DNA from: Eledone cirrhosa
Lineage: Eukaryota
Length of the DNA: 64,000 nt
Reading direction: 5' to 3'
Assembly: GCA_964016885.1 (NCBI GenBank)
Contig: OZ024743.1
Location: 104,532,001 to 104,596,000 of the forward strand
Positions 31,822 through 44,600 of the stretch are shown here, in pieces. Position numbers and translations under genes: made by a program. A model generated the notes under the pieces. That model saw only the letters and a list, made by a program, of their open reading frames with translations, had not been told where the DNA came from and did no database searches. Numbering within the stretch: position 1 is the stretch's first letter; the number at the start of each line of letters is the position of its first letter.

Positions 31822-31913
<92 letters not shown>

Positions 31914-32071
31914 ATGTTTGCATTCTAACGCAAATGACCACAATAATAAACGGAAAAAAGCGGACTGAATTGCCAGGAAGAAATCTTGCACCATGTTATA
32001 ATCCTTTACGTTGGGATGCACAACATATAAAATTTCAAAATCTCCCTCTATATATGCATTCCTTCCTCTCT

Positions 32072-32144
<73 letters not shown>

Positions 32145-32199
32145 CTCTCTCCCCTCTCTCTCCTCTCTGTATATATATATATATATATATATATAATAT

Positions 32200-32764
32200 C
32201 CTGTATTTGGGAGCAAAGATTGGGAATACGGAAGATGATGTGGTTGAGAGGAAGAGCAAAGCCTGGGCGGTGTGCCACACCTTGAGATCGGTGTGGAAGT
32301 CGGACCTTCGTGGAAACCTGAAGATCCGCCTCTTCATTGCTGTAGTGCAGTCTGTGCTGCTGTACGGGTCTGAGACTTGGAAACTAACCAAGAAACTCAC
32401 TCAGATGGTGGATGGGTGCTACACGAGAATGCTGAGGATGGCTCTGAACATTAATCAGTATACACTGAGGATGAAAAACTCAGAGCTGTATGGGAGCCTC
32501 CCAAAAGTCAGCTCAAAAGTGACACAGAGGAGACTGAGGTTAGCTGGACATGCTCACCGACATCCAGAGTTGACATTGCACTCAGTTATCATGTGGGAGC
32601 CCCTACATGGACACACTGGAAGTGGAAGACCAAGGTTAACGTATGTTGATGCCCTAATGACAGACAGTGGTCTGTTGGAGACGCAGGACATGGCAGCGAT
32701 AATGAGGGACAGTGACCGTTGGAGAGAACTCGTCCATGGATCTCAGGAATTTTACCCGCCCTAG
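32200..32764 (+). mobile_element. 3' fragment of an RTE-clade LINE with open frame
   Basis: YLG...KIRLFIAVVQSVLLYGSETW...RRLRLAGH..RH...GRPRLTYVD...DRWR. Confidence 0.9.
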
Positions 32765-33209
32765 AAATATCTATAGGAAAATGTGTGACCTCGACGGCAG
32801 AGCTCAAGCCGTTTCGACGGCTATTTCTGGACTAAATTAGAATTTTTAGCGTGGTAAATATATAGCCGAACTTTTCAAGGGGTAATTCCTTATATGGGAA
32901 GATTGTAGTTGTCAAGAGGATTTGGTCAAAATTTCTTGTAAACACAATTAAGTCTTAATTAAGACTTAATTGTGTTTACAAGAAATTTTGGGATTTATAT
33001 ATATACATATAAATAATATATATATATATATATTTTTAAAAAATATATACTCCAGTTCTACCAATTGCCGAGTACTACTTATCTGATATATGGATAGTTT
33101 TATTGTTCTACAATATTACTCACCTCCTACATATATATACATATATATAAGCGTGAACCTAATAAACCTTTATTTGTGTGCCTCTCTGTTTTGTCCCCGT
33201 ATAAATTTG

Positions 33210-33280
<71 letters not shown>

Positions 33281-33281
<1 letters not shown>

Positions 33282-34184
33282 CGGAAAAAATGAAACGAAA
33301 TTTCATTTCTCACTCTTAGTACGGCTGTTACTTAAATATAAGTATGTATACGTACATACACATGTATACAGACGTACAGTAGTATGTATATATACATACA
33401 CACATGCACACATATATATATGTACGTATGGATTCACCGAACATTTATTATAATGCTCGGTGTGTTTGTAAACAAACATCCCGAATTAAGTCATACAGTG
33501 TCTAGCAACCATCGTTGCTCATTTGTTCAACACTGACAAAGGAACGCTGTACTAGTTTCAAGCTTATTAGCTATCGTCAACAACGTATACCTTCCTGCCA
33601 GATGATTGAACGTCTGAAAGCATAAACTTTCCCTATGCATATTAACGGCTGAATCCATACGTACATATATATATATATATGTGTGCATGTGTGTATATAT
33701 ATATATATATACATACTACTGTACGTCTGTATACATATGTGTATGTACGTATACATACTTATATTTAAGTAACAGCCGTACTAAGAGTGAGAAATGAAAT
33801 TTCGTTTCATTTTTTCCGTTTATCGTTTTCGGTACCCCGGCCGATTAACTCACTCGATATGCAAATTAGGCTGCTCGGCCGTTAATATGCATAGGTAAAG
33901 TATATGCTTTCAGACGTTCAATCATCTGGCAGGAAGGTATACGTTGCTGACGATAGCTAATAAGCTTGAAACTAGTACAGCGTTCCTTTGTCAGTGTTGA
34001 ACAAACGAGCAACGATGCTTGCTAGACACTACGGCTTAATACTGGATGTTTGTTTACAAACACACCGAGCATTATAATAAATGTTCGGTGAATCCATACG
34101 TACATATATATATGTGTGCATGTGTATATATATATATACATACTACTGTACGTCTGATTACATATGTGTATGTACGTATACATA

Positions 34185-34188
<4 letters not shown>
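33281..34188. mobile_element. Retrozyme-like family E: minus partial unit joined head-to-head to a plus 1.2-mer
   Basis: 33281-33649 (-) and 33650-34188 (+, period 439); HHR 33941-33983 intact, HHR 33544-33586 has a C3U core change. Confidence 0.85.
33941..33983 (+). ncRNA. Minimal type-I hammerhead ribozyme (family E)
   Basis: ACGTTG-CTGACGA-TAGCT-AATA-AGCTT-GAAAC-TA-GTA-CAGCGT; stem I 6 bp, palindromic ACTAGT stem III, GUA triplet. Confidence 0.85.
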
Positions 34189-34276
<88 letters not shown>

Positions 34277-34409
34277 AAATACAAGATGCCTTCATAGAAT
34301 GTGACTGAGGTCATAGCGTTCGAGGAGTGATTGTGCTTTTAATGTTGTCAGGAAACTATTAGCAACAAGGACTTAATTCATATATTGATTGTACCTCTGA
34401 CTGTATGTC

Positions 34410-34522
<113 letters not shown>

Positions 34523-34562
34523 GGTGTGCAGATATGTAAATATATCTATCTATCTATCTATC

Positions 34563-34600
<38 letters not shown>

Positions 34601-34717
34601 TATGTGTGTTTGTGGTGTCTGCATATATGTGAATAAATATATTCATATATCTGTATATATATACTTATATATATATATGCAATATATATGTATATATTCT
34701 GTATATATATTTATATA

Positions 34718-34786
<69 letters not shown>

Positions 34787-34934
34787 GCGTGTGTGTGTGT
34801 GTGTGTGTGCAAACACACATAAGTACAACATAAGTACAACATAAGTAGTGTGCATAATTGTGGGGGTTTGAGATAGGAAGAAGCAGACGAAAGACTAAAT
34901 GACAAGATGAGGGAGATGATGGGTAAAGGCAGAG

Positions 34935-35026
<92 letters not shown>

Positions 35027-35090
35027 AGAAAGGCAACGAGAGAGGGATAGAGAGGTAGTAAGAGATATGGGTGGGACAAGGACATCATAC

Positions 35091-35183
35091 ACCAAACATT
35101 GAGTAGCAGTAGATCGACTGGAACTTTGCCAGCCGCTTCGGAGATGATATAATCTTGAAATTCTTTCGCACGAATTGCGAAGA
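35091..35183 (-). other. Candidate 93-bp host-gene exon
   Basis: Non-repetitive sequence with a TTTTTGTTTTAG acceptor and GTATGA donor on the minus strand; frame 0 reads SSQFVRKNFKIISSPKRLAKFQSIYCYSMFG. No homology recognised. Confidence 0.3.
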
Positions 35184-35419
35184 CTAAAACAAAAATTACA
35201 TAAATAGATAAACAAACAAATCAACTAACAAATAAATATAAAAGTAACAACAAGAAAATTACTAAAATAAAACTCCGTTGCTAAGAAACCAATGAGGATT
35301 GCAGCTTCTGTTTTGTATGAGTTGCTAAGCAGCACAATTTGGTTTAAGTTCTGTTTTAAACCATTTCCTTATTTATAAGTATTACGTTTATTATTACTTT
35401 TATTAACGGGTTAAGGAAA

Positions 35420-35890
35420 GACTAAGACTAGGCGCCTGGCATCTGGAATGTTGTCAGACCCTCACAACCCTCTACCAGTTATGCAATGCGGTCAGTGGAA
35501 ATTCCACGTTACTGTTATATAGAGGACTAATTGTGGAGAAAAAGATGATGTTCTCGGAGAAATTCTAAGTAGTCTGTTTCGGAGGACTTTCGGCCCGGGG
35601 TTTATGGATAATTTCTAGAAATCCCTAGCCTGGCAGTGCTACCGGGGGGCCAGTGCTGTCTGTCGAACCTGCCCGGGATGCATACAGAGCGACGAAACCG
35701 TTCTGCACGTACTCGCCCAGTGTCTGCACATTGCTGATATTAGGAGTTTCATCGAACAGCTAGTATCACGTGTAGGACGGATCCAACTATCGGCCGATTC
35801 TGTCGGAAATATGCCCCGCCACTTCCTTTTGGCCGGGAAAGGCAGACTGATTTCTCCTGTCTGGTGGCTATTGTGAAAGAGATTGTTATG
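35420..35890 (+). mobile_element. L1/Tx1-clade LINE ORF2 C-terminal fragment
   Basis: KSLAWQCYRG...TCPGC..SDETVLHVLAQC (CCHC knuckle)...LVAIVKE. Confidence 0.7.
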
Positions 35891-35979
35891 CGATAACAGT
35901 TATGGCATATACGCCTGTATGCTTGTATATAAGTTCTTATCGTTTATCAACATATTTTTTCACACAAAGAGCCTCGTTT

Positions 35980-37970
35980 CGGTGGATTGGCAGTATCGGT
36001 AGAGGGTCGGACGCCATGCTTTGCAACATAGAGTTACGGCCCTTTACGGCCCGAGTTCAAATTCCGCCAAGGTTAATTTTGCCTTTCATCCTTACGGTGT
36101 CGACAAAATAAAGCACCAGTAATGCACTGGGGTAATTACTGGCCTTGTGCAAAAAGTAGAAACAATTATCACAAATGCTTTCCTAGGGATCACTGTAATG
36201 TGTTGAGGTTGGCTTAGTCCCCATTATTAGTATTGCGGTGGATTGGCAGTATCGGTAGAGGGTCGGACGTCATGATTTGACGCATAGAGTTACGGCTCTT
36301 TATGATCTGTGTTCAAATCTCGTCGAGATTAACTTTGCCTTTCATCCTTACGGGGTCGATAAAATAAAGTACCAGTCACGCATTGGGGTGGATTTAATCG
36401 ACTTATCCCTCACCTAAAATTGCAGGCCTTGTGCCTATTTAAGAAACCATTATTAGTATTGGCAGTATAGGTAGAGAGTCGGACGCCATGCTTTCCAGCA
36501 TAGTTACGTCCCTTTACGATCTGAGTTCAAATCCCGCCGAGGTTGACTTTGCCTTTCATCCTTACGGAGTCGATAAAATAAAGTACCAGTAATGCACTGG
36601 GTAATTGCTGGCCTTGTGCCTAAAGTAGAAACCATTATTAGTATTGCGGTGGATTGGTAGAGCCGTTCGAGGGTCGGAAGAAATGCATTGCAGTATTTAG
36701 TTACGACTTTCTGCTTTTACATTTCAAATCCCGTTGAGGTTAATTTAACCTTCCATACTTCTATTGTCTATAAAATAAAGTACCAGTAACGTAATCGACA
36801 GTAATTTAATCGACTTCTCCCCCAAATTGTTGGTCTTGTGCCTAAATCAGAAACCATTATAGGTACAGCGTCGGATACCATACTTTTCAATATAGAGTTA
36901 TAGCTCTTTACGTTCTAAATTAAAATCCTGCCGAGGTTAGCTTTGCCTTTTCCAACCCCCCAAATTGCTGGCCTTGTGCCTATAGTAGAAACATTTATTC
37001 TTATTGTGGATTGGCAGTATCGGTAGAGCGTCAGATACCATGCTTTGTGGCATAGAGGTACGGCCCTTTACGTTCTGATTTCAAATCCTGCCGAGTTTCG
37101 ATTTGCCTTTCATTCTTACCGGGCCGAATAAACAAAGTACCAGTAATGCACTGGTGTCGATTTAATCGATTTTCCCCCACCCAACAGAAAATTATTGGCC
37201 TTGTGACTATTATTGTTATTATTATTATATCTCCCTGAGACACTATCGTTCCGCATTACAGACTGATTAATGAATAACAACAACAATAATTATATCTATT
37301 TTTAGCACAAGGTCAGCAATTATCGCAGTGCATTACTGGTACTTGCACTGCGATAATCGCTGGCCTTGTGCCAAAAGTAGAAACAAATATTATTATAATA
37401 ATTGTTTCTACTTTGGGCACAAGGCCAGTAATTCCTCCAGTGTATTACTGGTACTTTATTTTATTGACCCCGTAAAGATGAAAGGCAAAGTAAACCTCGG
37501 CGGGATTTGAACTCAGAATGGCAAGGGCTGTAACTCTATGCGTCAAAGCATGGCGTCCGACCCTCTACCGATACTGCCAATCCACCGCCAATAATAATAA
37601 TTGTTTCTACTTTAGGCACAAGGCCAGCAATTATCCAGTATATTACTGGTACTTTATTTTATCGACCCCGTAAGGATGAAAGGCAAAGTTAACCTCGGCG
37701 GGATTTGAACTCAGACTGTAAAGGGACGTAACTATGCTAGAAAGCATGGTGTCCAACCCTCTACCGGTACTGCCAATTCACCTGGATTGGCAGCACCGGT
37801 AGAACGCCAGACACCATGCTTTGCAGCATAGAGTTATGGCCCTTTCCGTTCTGAGTTCAAATCCCGCCGAGGTTAACTTTGCCTTTCATCCTTACGGGGT
37901 CGATGAAATAAAGTACCAGTAATGCATTGGGGGTAATTACTGGCTTTGTGCCAAAAGTAAAAATAATTAT
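35980..37970. mobile_element. Cluster of about 11-12 tRNA-derived SINEs in both orientations
   Basis: Repeated A-box-like TGGCAGTATCGG, B-box GAGTTCAAATCC, core GCCTTTCATCCTTACGGGGTCGATAAAATAAAGTACCAG and (ATT)n tails. Confidence 0.9.
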
Positions 37971-38204
37971 TATCATTGTTATTCATTAATCAGTCCGCAA
38001 TGCGGAACGGTAGTGTGTCATGGAGATAAACATAATAATAGCAATTGCAGTAACAGCAGCTACAACAACAACGATAATAGTATTAGCAATAGCAACTACA
38101 AACCGTGTCTGATTAGATTAACATGAAACAATAATTCTTATAGCGTTAAGAAGAAACAGTACATATATCGAGACGCAATCACGAAATTTGAGCTTCCATA
38201 TATA

Positions 38205-38302
<98 letters not shown>

Positions 38303-38366
38303 CATATACATACATATATATATATACATACATATAAATTGAAGATGAAACATTATATCTATATAG

Positions 38367-38435
<69 letters not shown>

Positions 38436-38523
38436 GTGTGTGTATATATATATGTATGTATGTTTGTACATATATGTGCATATATGTGTATCTGTGTGTA
38501 TATATATATATATGTATATACAT

Positions 38524-38586
<63 letters not shown>

Positions 38587-38708
38587 GCATTCATTTATCA
38601 AACATATACATATATACATGTATGTCTGTGCGTACACGCATACACATACAATTGCACGCGCATGCGCACACGCATGTACAAATACATCATCATTATCTAT
38701 AATCATTA

Positions 38709-39030
38709 TCTATAATCTATAACTATCTATAAAAGACAGATTGTTGTTGTTGTGTGTGTGTGTGCATGTTCCATGTTTATACATTTGCACAATTTAAAAC
38801 CGATTCGACTGAAAGTCTGTAAGAATGTTGTAAATGGTCTAATTTAGGTCAACGACTATTTATTTCATTCAAACTCACCCACAATTACGGAAATAATCGA
38901 TAAAACTAAATACATGACGCTTTTCTCCTCTAATACAATCAGATTACCTCTCTCTACTCTCCTTAAAATTCGATAAAATTACATACATGCTGCAACTTTC
39001 TCTTATATACGATTAAACTTACAAACTTTA

Positions 39031-39061
<31 letters not shown>

Positions 39062-39064
39062 GAG

Positions 39065-39109
<45 letters not shown>

Positions 39110-39709
39110 GAGAGAACGTTTGTTTTTGAGTGTGGAACGGTCAAACATTTATTTACTTCAATGACAAAGAGAACTTATTACATTTCATACGAAACAACAA
39201 TTATTCAAAAGCAACAGATACATTTATTCAATAACAAAAAAAATAGCGATAAATCTTTTTTAAAACATCTATCAACGAACGTGGAAGAAAGAAGTATCAG
39301 TTCATTTACTATACACAATAATATCCTCTATGAGGTCACTAAACCTGCTAGAAACAGCAGCTAACTCTCCCCCATATCACACCCCACCCTACTGTCTTAA
39401 ATTTAGAAACACACATTAGACAACCATGCAGAACAACTCCATCGCAGCTCTGTTGTTCGGCTGGCATCGTCTACGCGCGTGTTGCGCAAGTACTGTGAAA
39501 CAATAAATTTCAACACTTCTTTGCACAGAGATAATATCCATAGGCGAAACTACAATTGTCACTGCTGGCGCAGCTCCTGCTTCGGCAGTCCAGGTCTGCA
39601 ATTCATTCACCCAGTGCCTGGCAGACAAAAAAGTGCTGCCATAAAATGGGTGGTGCAACCTAACTTTGGTAACTTACTGACCCTGAGCAACGCCGGGCTT
39701 TAATGCTAG
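38709..39709 (+). mobile_element. Non-autonomous Helitron-like element
   Basis: 5' TCTAT(A/C)TATAAAAG-type start; 3' GC-rich hairpin CCCTGAGCAACGCCGGG followed by CTAG|T. Confidence 0.6.
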
Positions 39710-39724
39710 TTATATATAAATGCA

Positions 39725-39794
<70 letters not shown>

Positions 39795-40233
39795 ATAGAG
39801 GAAGAATTTACTCATGTACTGGACTATTAATTTTTTTTTTACCAGTCACGAAAGAATGTAAGCCCAAGTTGACCTCGGTAGAATTTTAACCTGAACAAAT
39901 ACTGTAAAGAGTTCAATCCAATGTTCTAACGACTCTACCAATTTGCCGAATAGGCTGTTATACGTAGTAATATTGATGTGACATCAGGTGTGATACTTCG
40001 CTTGTCTTAGGAGCCTAGTTGTTGATCGGGTGTTTAGACTCCACTGTATACCATGCTAGCCCATTTCATGCTGGCACAAATCGATAGACAATTTATATCT
40101 ACCTGAGTACTTTGTGCTTTAGTTTATCGACTATGAAAGGAAAAAAAGTCAAAGTTGACCCCCACTGGATTCGAACTCAGAACGTAAAGAGCCTGAACAA
40201 ATACCACAAGGTGTTCAGTTTGATGCTCTAAAG

Positions 40234-40457
40234 CAGGCATGAGCAACCTTTTTCGAAAAGCGGGCCGCAGGCACTAATTTACATTCGTGTCTACATTAAA
40301 AAAAACGGCGGTAACTCAGGTTGCTTTGATTTGTTTCTTCAGAATTCGTACACGTTGTTTTCCTCGATCGTAAAAATAATAGGAAGATAAATTACGACTG
40401 AAAAGTTGGGGTAAAAAAAATCAGAAAGATTAGTGGGCCGCAGGTTGCCCATGACTG
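40234..40457. mobile_element. hAT (Charlie-like) MITE
   Basis: TIRs CAGGCATGAGCAACCT / AGGTTGCCCATGACTG; perfect 8-bp TSD CTCTAAAG (40226-40233, 40458-40465). Confidence 0.9.
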
Positions 40458-40574
40458 CTCTAAAGTTACACCCTATTGTTCGACTCCACAATGAAGATCA
40501 CCTCGTCGTCTTCTTTTGGCTAAGAAGAACAAGCAGTTTTCCCCTGCCTGGTGGCTCTAGCGTAATAAATTGTG

Positions 40575-40720
40575 TTGGATCGGCCAAGCCTTTATAGACT
40601 TTTTCAAGTTCCGCTTGGAAAGGAAGGTGTTGGTAAAAAGAGAAGTGCTGCTCCTCAGTATATTTGGCAAAAGGTGGGTGAATATAGTAAGGATGGCTAT
40701 AGTGAATGAGCCTAGCCAAA
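40575..40720 (+). mobile_element. Probable extreme 3' end of an L1/Tx1 ORF2
   Basis: GQAFIDFFKFRLERKVLVKREVL...FGKRW resembles Tx1 ORF2 termini. Confidence 0.5.
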
Positions 40721-41652
40721 GCACGCGCTTGAAGGCTGGAGAGAACAGAAGGGAAACGGAGTACTTTAGGCTCTACTATTTGGGGCAAATGTAGGCTTAT
40801 TTTCACGGTAATTTTTACTATTTCTTGTTTACTTTTTAAACTTATTTTTATTTTGCTCGGGAAACGAAGAGAATATTCATCTATAAAACAGATAAATTAT
40901 TCCAATTATCATTATCTATGTTAGTAATGAGCCTTAAGGGAGCAATTTGAGCAGGCCTCATACTAACTCGCCTACTATTAACACTATTCCCAGAAGGGTG
41001 GTTGATTGGCAGAATCGTCAGAGAGACGAACAAAATGTCTTGGGATGTTGCTTTGAGATCAACTTTGCTTTTTACTCTTCTTGGGGGTGATAAAATGGTT
41101 TCTTATATAGGCACAAGGCCAGCTCTTGGGGTGATAACATACGAGTAAAATACCGAGGGTTGAGCTAATCAATTGCTTCCTCCTCCTCTTCCCCTCATAC
41201 AGTCGGCCTTCCGTTTAATGTCAACAGAAGTCGTCTTTTGATAATTCTTTCCCTATCTTGTTCTTATACATACATATAAAATTACAGCATTTCTCATATT
41301 CTCTCCGCAGCTACACGTGTCTGTGGAATGCTCAGGCACTTACAGGTTAACGTCACGAGTAGGCTGTTCTGTTGATCAAACAACTGGAACACTCATCGAC
41401 TGTGTGTATGTATGTGTGTGCATGTGTATATGTATGTCTATATGTATGTGTGTGCATGTGTATATGTATGTCTATATGTATGTGTGTGTGCAAGTGTATA
41501 TGTATGTCTATATGTATGTGTGTGTGTGTGTGTGTGTGCAAGTGTATATTTATGTGTGTAACTATATCTGGTAGAAAGACTATGTTAAAGTGTATCAAAT
41601 GTTTCTCTGTTGATGTAGATGTCGTGAAACTCAAGACAAAAGTACATACCTG

Positions 41653-44600
41653 GTGATGGTGGTGATGGTGGTGGTGATCGTTGTCTACTGGTGGTGGTTG
41701 TTGTTGTTGGTAGTGATGGTGGTGGTGGTGGTGGTGATCGTTGTCTACTGGTGGTGGTTGTTGTTGTTGGTAGTGGTGATGATGATGATGGTGGTTGTGG
41801 TTGTTGTTGGTAGTGCTGCTGATGATGGTGGTTGTGGTTGTTGTTGGTAGTGGTGATGATGATGGTGGTGGTGGTTGTGGTTGTTGTTGGTAGTGCTGCT
41901 GATGATGGTGGTGGTGGTGGTTGTGGTTGTTGTTGGTAGTGCTGCTGATGATGGTGGTGGTGGTGGTTGTGGTTGTTGTTGGTAGTGCTGCTGATGATGG
42001 TGGTGGTGGTTGTGGTTGGTAGTGCTGCTGATGATGGTGGTGGTGGTGGTTGTGGTTGTTGTTGGTAGTGCTGCTGATGATGGTGGTGGTGGTTGTGGTT
42101 GGTAGTGCTGCTGATGGTGGTGGTGGTTGTGGTTGTTGTTGGTAGTGGTGATGATGGTGGTGGTGGTGGTTGTGGTTGTTGTTGGTAGTGGTGGTGATGG
42201 TGGTGGTGGTGGTTGTGGTTGTTGTTGGTAGTGGTGATGATGGTGGTGGTGGTGGTGGTGGTTGTGGTTGTTGTTGGTAGTGGTGGTGATGGTGGTGGTG
42301 GTGGTTGTGGTTATTGTTGGTAGTGGTGATGATGGTGGTGGTGGTGGTTGTGGTTGTTGTTGGTAGTGGTGGTGATGGTGGTGGTGGTGGTGGTGGTTGT
42401 GGTTGTTGTTGGTAGTGGTGGTGATGGTGGTGGTGGTGGTTGTGGTTATTGTTGGTAGTGGTGATGATGGTGGTGGTGGTGGTTGTGGTTGTTGTTGGTA
42501 GTGGTGATGATGGTGGTGGTGGTGGTTGTGGTTGTTGTTGGTAGTGGTGATGATGATGGTGGTGGTGGTTGTGGTTGTTGTTGGTAGTGGTGGTGATGGT
42601 GGTGGTGGTGGTTGTGGTTGTGGTTGTTGTTGGTAGTGGTGGTGATGGTGGTGGTGGTGGTTGTGGTTATTGTTGGTAGTGGTGATGATGGTGGTGGTGG
42701 TGGTTGTGGTTGTTGTTGGTAGTGGTGATGATGATGGTGGTGGTGGTTGTGGTTGTTGTTGGTAGTGGTGATGATGATGATGGTGGTGGTGGTTGTGGTT
42801 GTTGTTGGTAGTGGTGATGATGGTGGTGGTGGTGGTTGTGGTTGTTGTTGGTAGTGGTGATGATGATGATGGTGGTGGTGGTTGTGGTTGTTGTTGGTAG
42901 TGGTGATGATGGTGGTGGTGGTGGTTGTGGTTGTTGTTGGTAGTGGTGGTGATGGTGGTGGTGGTGGTGGTGGTTGTGGTTGTTGTTGGTAGTGGTGGTG
43001 ATGGTGGTGGTGGTGGTGGTGGTTGTGGTTGTTGTTGGTAGTGGTGGTGATGGTGGTGGTGGTGGTGGTGGTTGTGGTTGTTGTTGGTAGTGGTGGTGAT
43101 GGTGGTGGTGGTGGTTGTGGTTATTGTTGGTAGTGGTGATGATGGTGGTGGTGGTGGTTGTGGTTGTTGTTGGTAGTGGTGGTGATGATGGTGGTGGTGG
43201 TGGTGGTTGTGGTTGTTGTTGGTAGTGGTGGTGATGGTGGTGGTGGTGGTTGTGGTTATTGTTGGTAGTGGTGATGATGGTGGTGGTGGTGGTTGTGGTT
43301 GTTGTTGGTAGTGGTGATGATGATGGTGGTGGTGGTTGTGGTTGTTGTGGTTGGTAGTGGTGCTGATGATGGTGGTGGTGGTGGTGGTGGTTGTGGTTGG
43401 TAGTGGTGCTGATGATGGTGGTGGTGGTGGTTGTGGTTGTTGTTGGTAGTGGTGCTGATGATGGTGGTGGTGGTTGTGGTTGGTAGTGCTGCTGATGATG
43501 GTGGTGGTGGTGGTTGTGGTTGTTGTTGGTAGTGCTGCTGATGATGGTGGTGGTGGTTGTGGTTGGTAGTGCTGCTGATGATGGTGGTGGTGGTGGTGGT
43601 GGTTGTGGTTGGTAGTGGTGCTGATGATGGTGGTGGTGGTGGTGGTGGTTGTGGTTGGTAGTGGTGCTGATGATGGTGGTGGTGGTGGTTGTGGTTGTTG
43701 TTGGTAGTGGTGGTGATGGTGGTGGTGGTGGTGGTTGTTGTTGGTAGTGCTGCTGATGATGGTGGTGGTGGTTGTGGTTGGTAGTGCTGCTGATGATGGT
43801 GGTGGTGGTGGTGGTGGTTGTGGTTGGTAGTGGTGCTGATGATGGTGGTGGTGGTGGTGGTGGTTGTGGTTGGTAGTGGTGCTGATGATGGTGGTGGTGG
43901 TGGTTGTGGTTGTTGTTGGTAGTGGTGGTGATGGTGGTGGTGGTTGTGGTTGTTGTTGGTAGTGGTGATGATGGTGGTGGTGGTGGTGGTGGTTGTGGTT
44001 GTTGTTGGTAGTGGTGGTGATGGTGGTGGTGGTGGTGGTTGTGGTTGTTGTTGGTAGTGGTGATGATGATGGTGGTGGTGGTGGTTGTGGTTGTGGTTGT
44101 TGTTGGTAGTGGTGGTGATGGTGGTGGTGGTGGTGGTTGTGGTTGTTGTTGGTAGTGGTGATGATGATGGTGGTGGTGGTGGTTGTGGTTGTGGTTGTTG
44201 TTGGTAGTGGTGGTGATGGTGGTGGTGGTGGTGGTTGTGGTTGTTGTTGGTAGTGGTGATGATGATGGTGGTGGTGGTGGTTGTGGTTGTGGTTGTTGTT
44301 GGTAGTGGTGGTGATGGTGGTGGTGGTGGTGGTTGTGGTTGTTGTTGGTAGTGGTGGTGATGGTGGTGGTGGTGGTTGTGGTTGTGGTTGTTGTTGGTAG
44401 TGGTGGTGATGGTGGTGGTGGTGGTGGTTGTGGTTGTTGTTGGTAGTGGTGATGATGATGGTGGTGGTGGTGGTTGTGGTTGTGGTTGTTGTTGGTAGTG
44501 GTGGTGATGGTGGTGGTGGTGGTGGTTGTGGTTGTTGTTGGTAGTGGTGATGATGATGGTGGTGGTGGTGGTTGTGGTTGTGGTTGTTGTTGGTAGTGGT

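Noticed and set aside
35980-37970. tRNA gene cluster
   Set aside because: The A/B boxes belong to SINE heads; there is no cloverleaf, and each is followed by a SINE core and tail.
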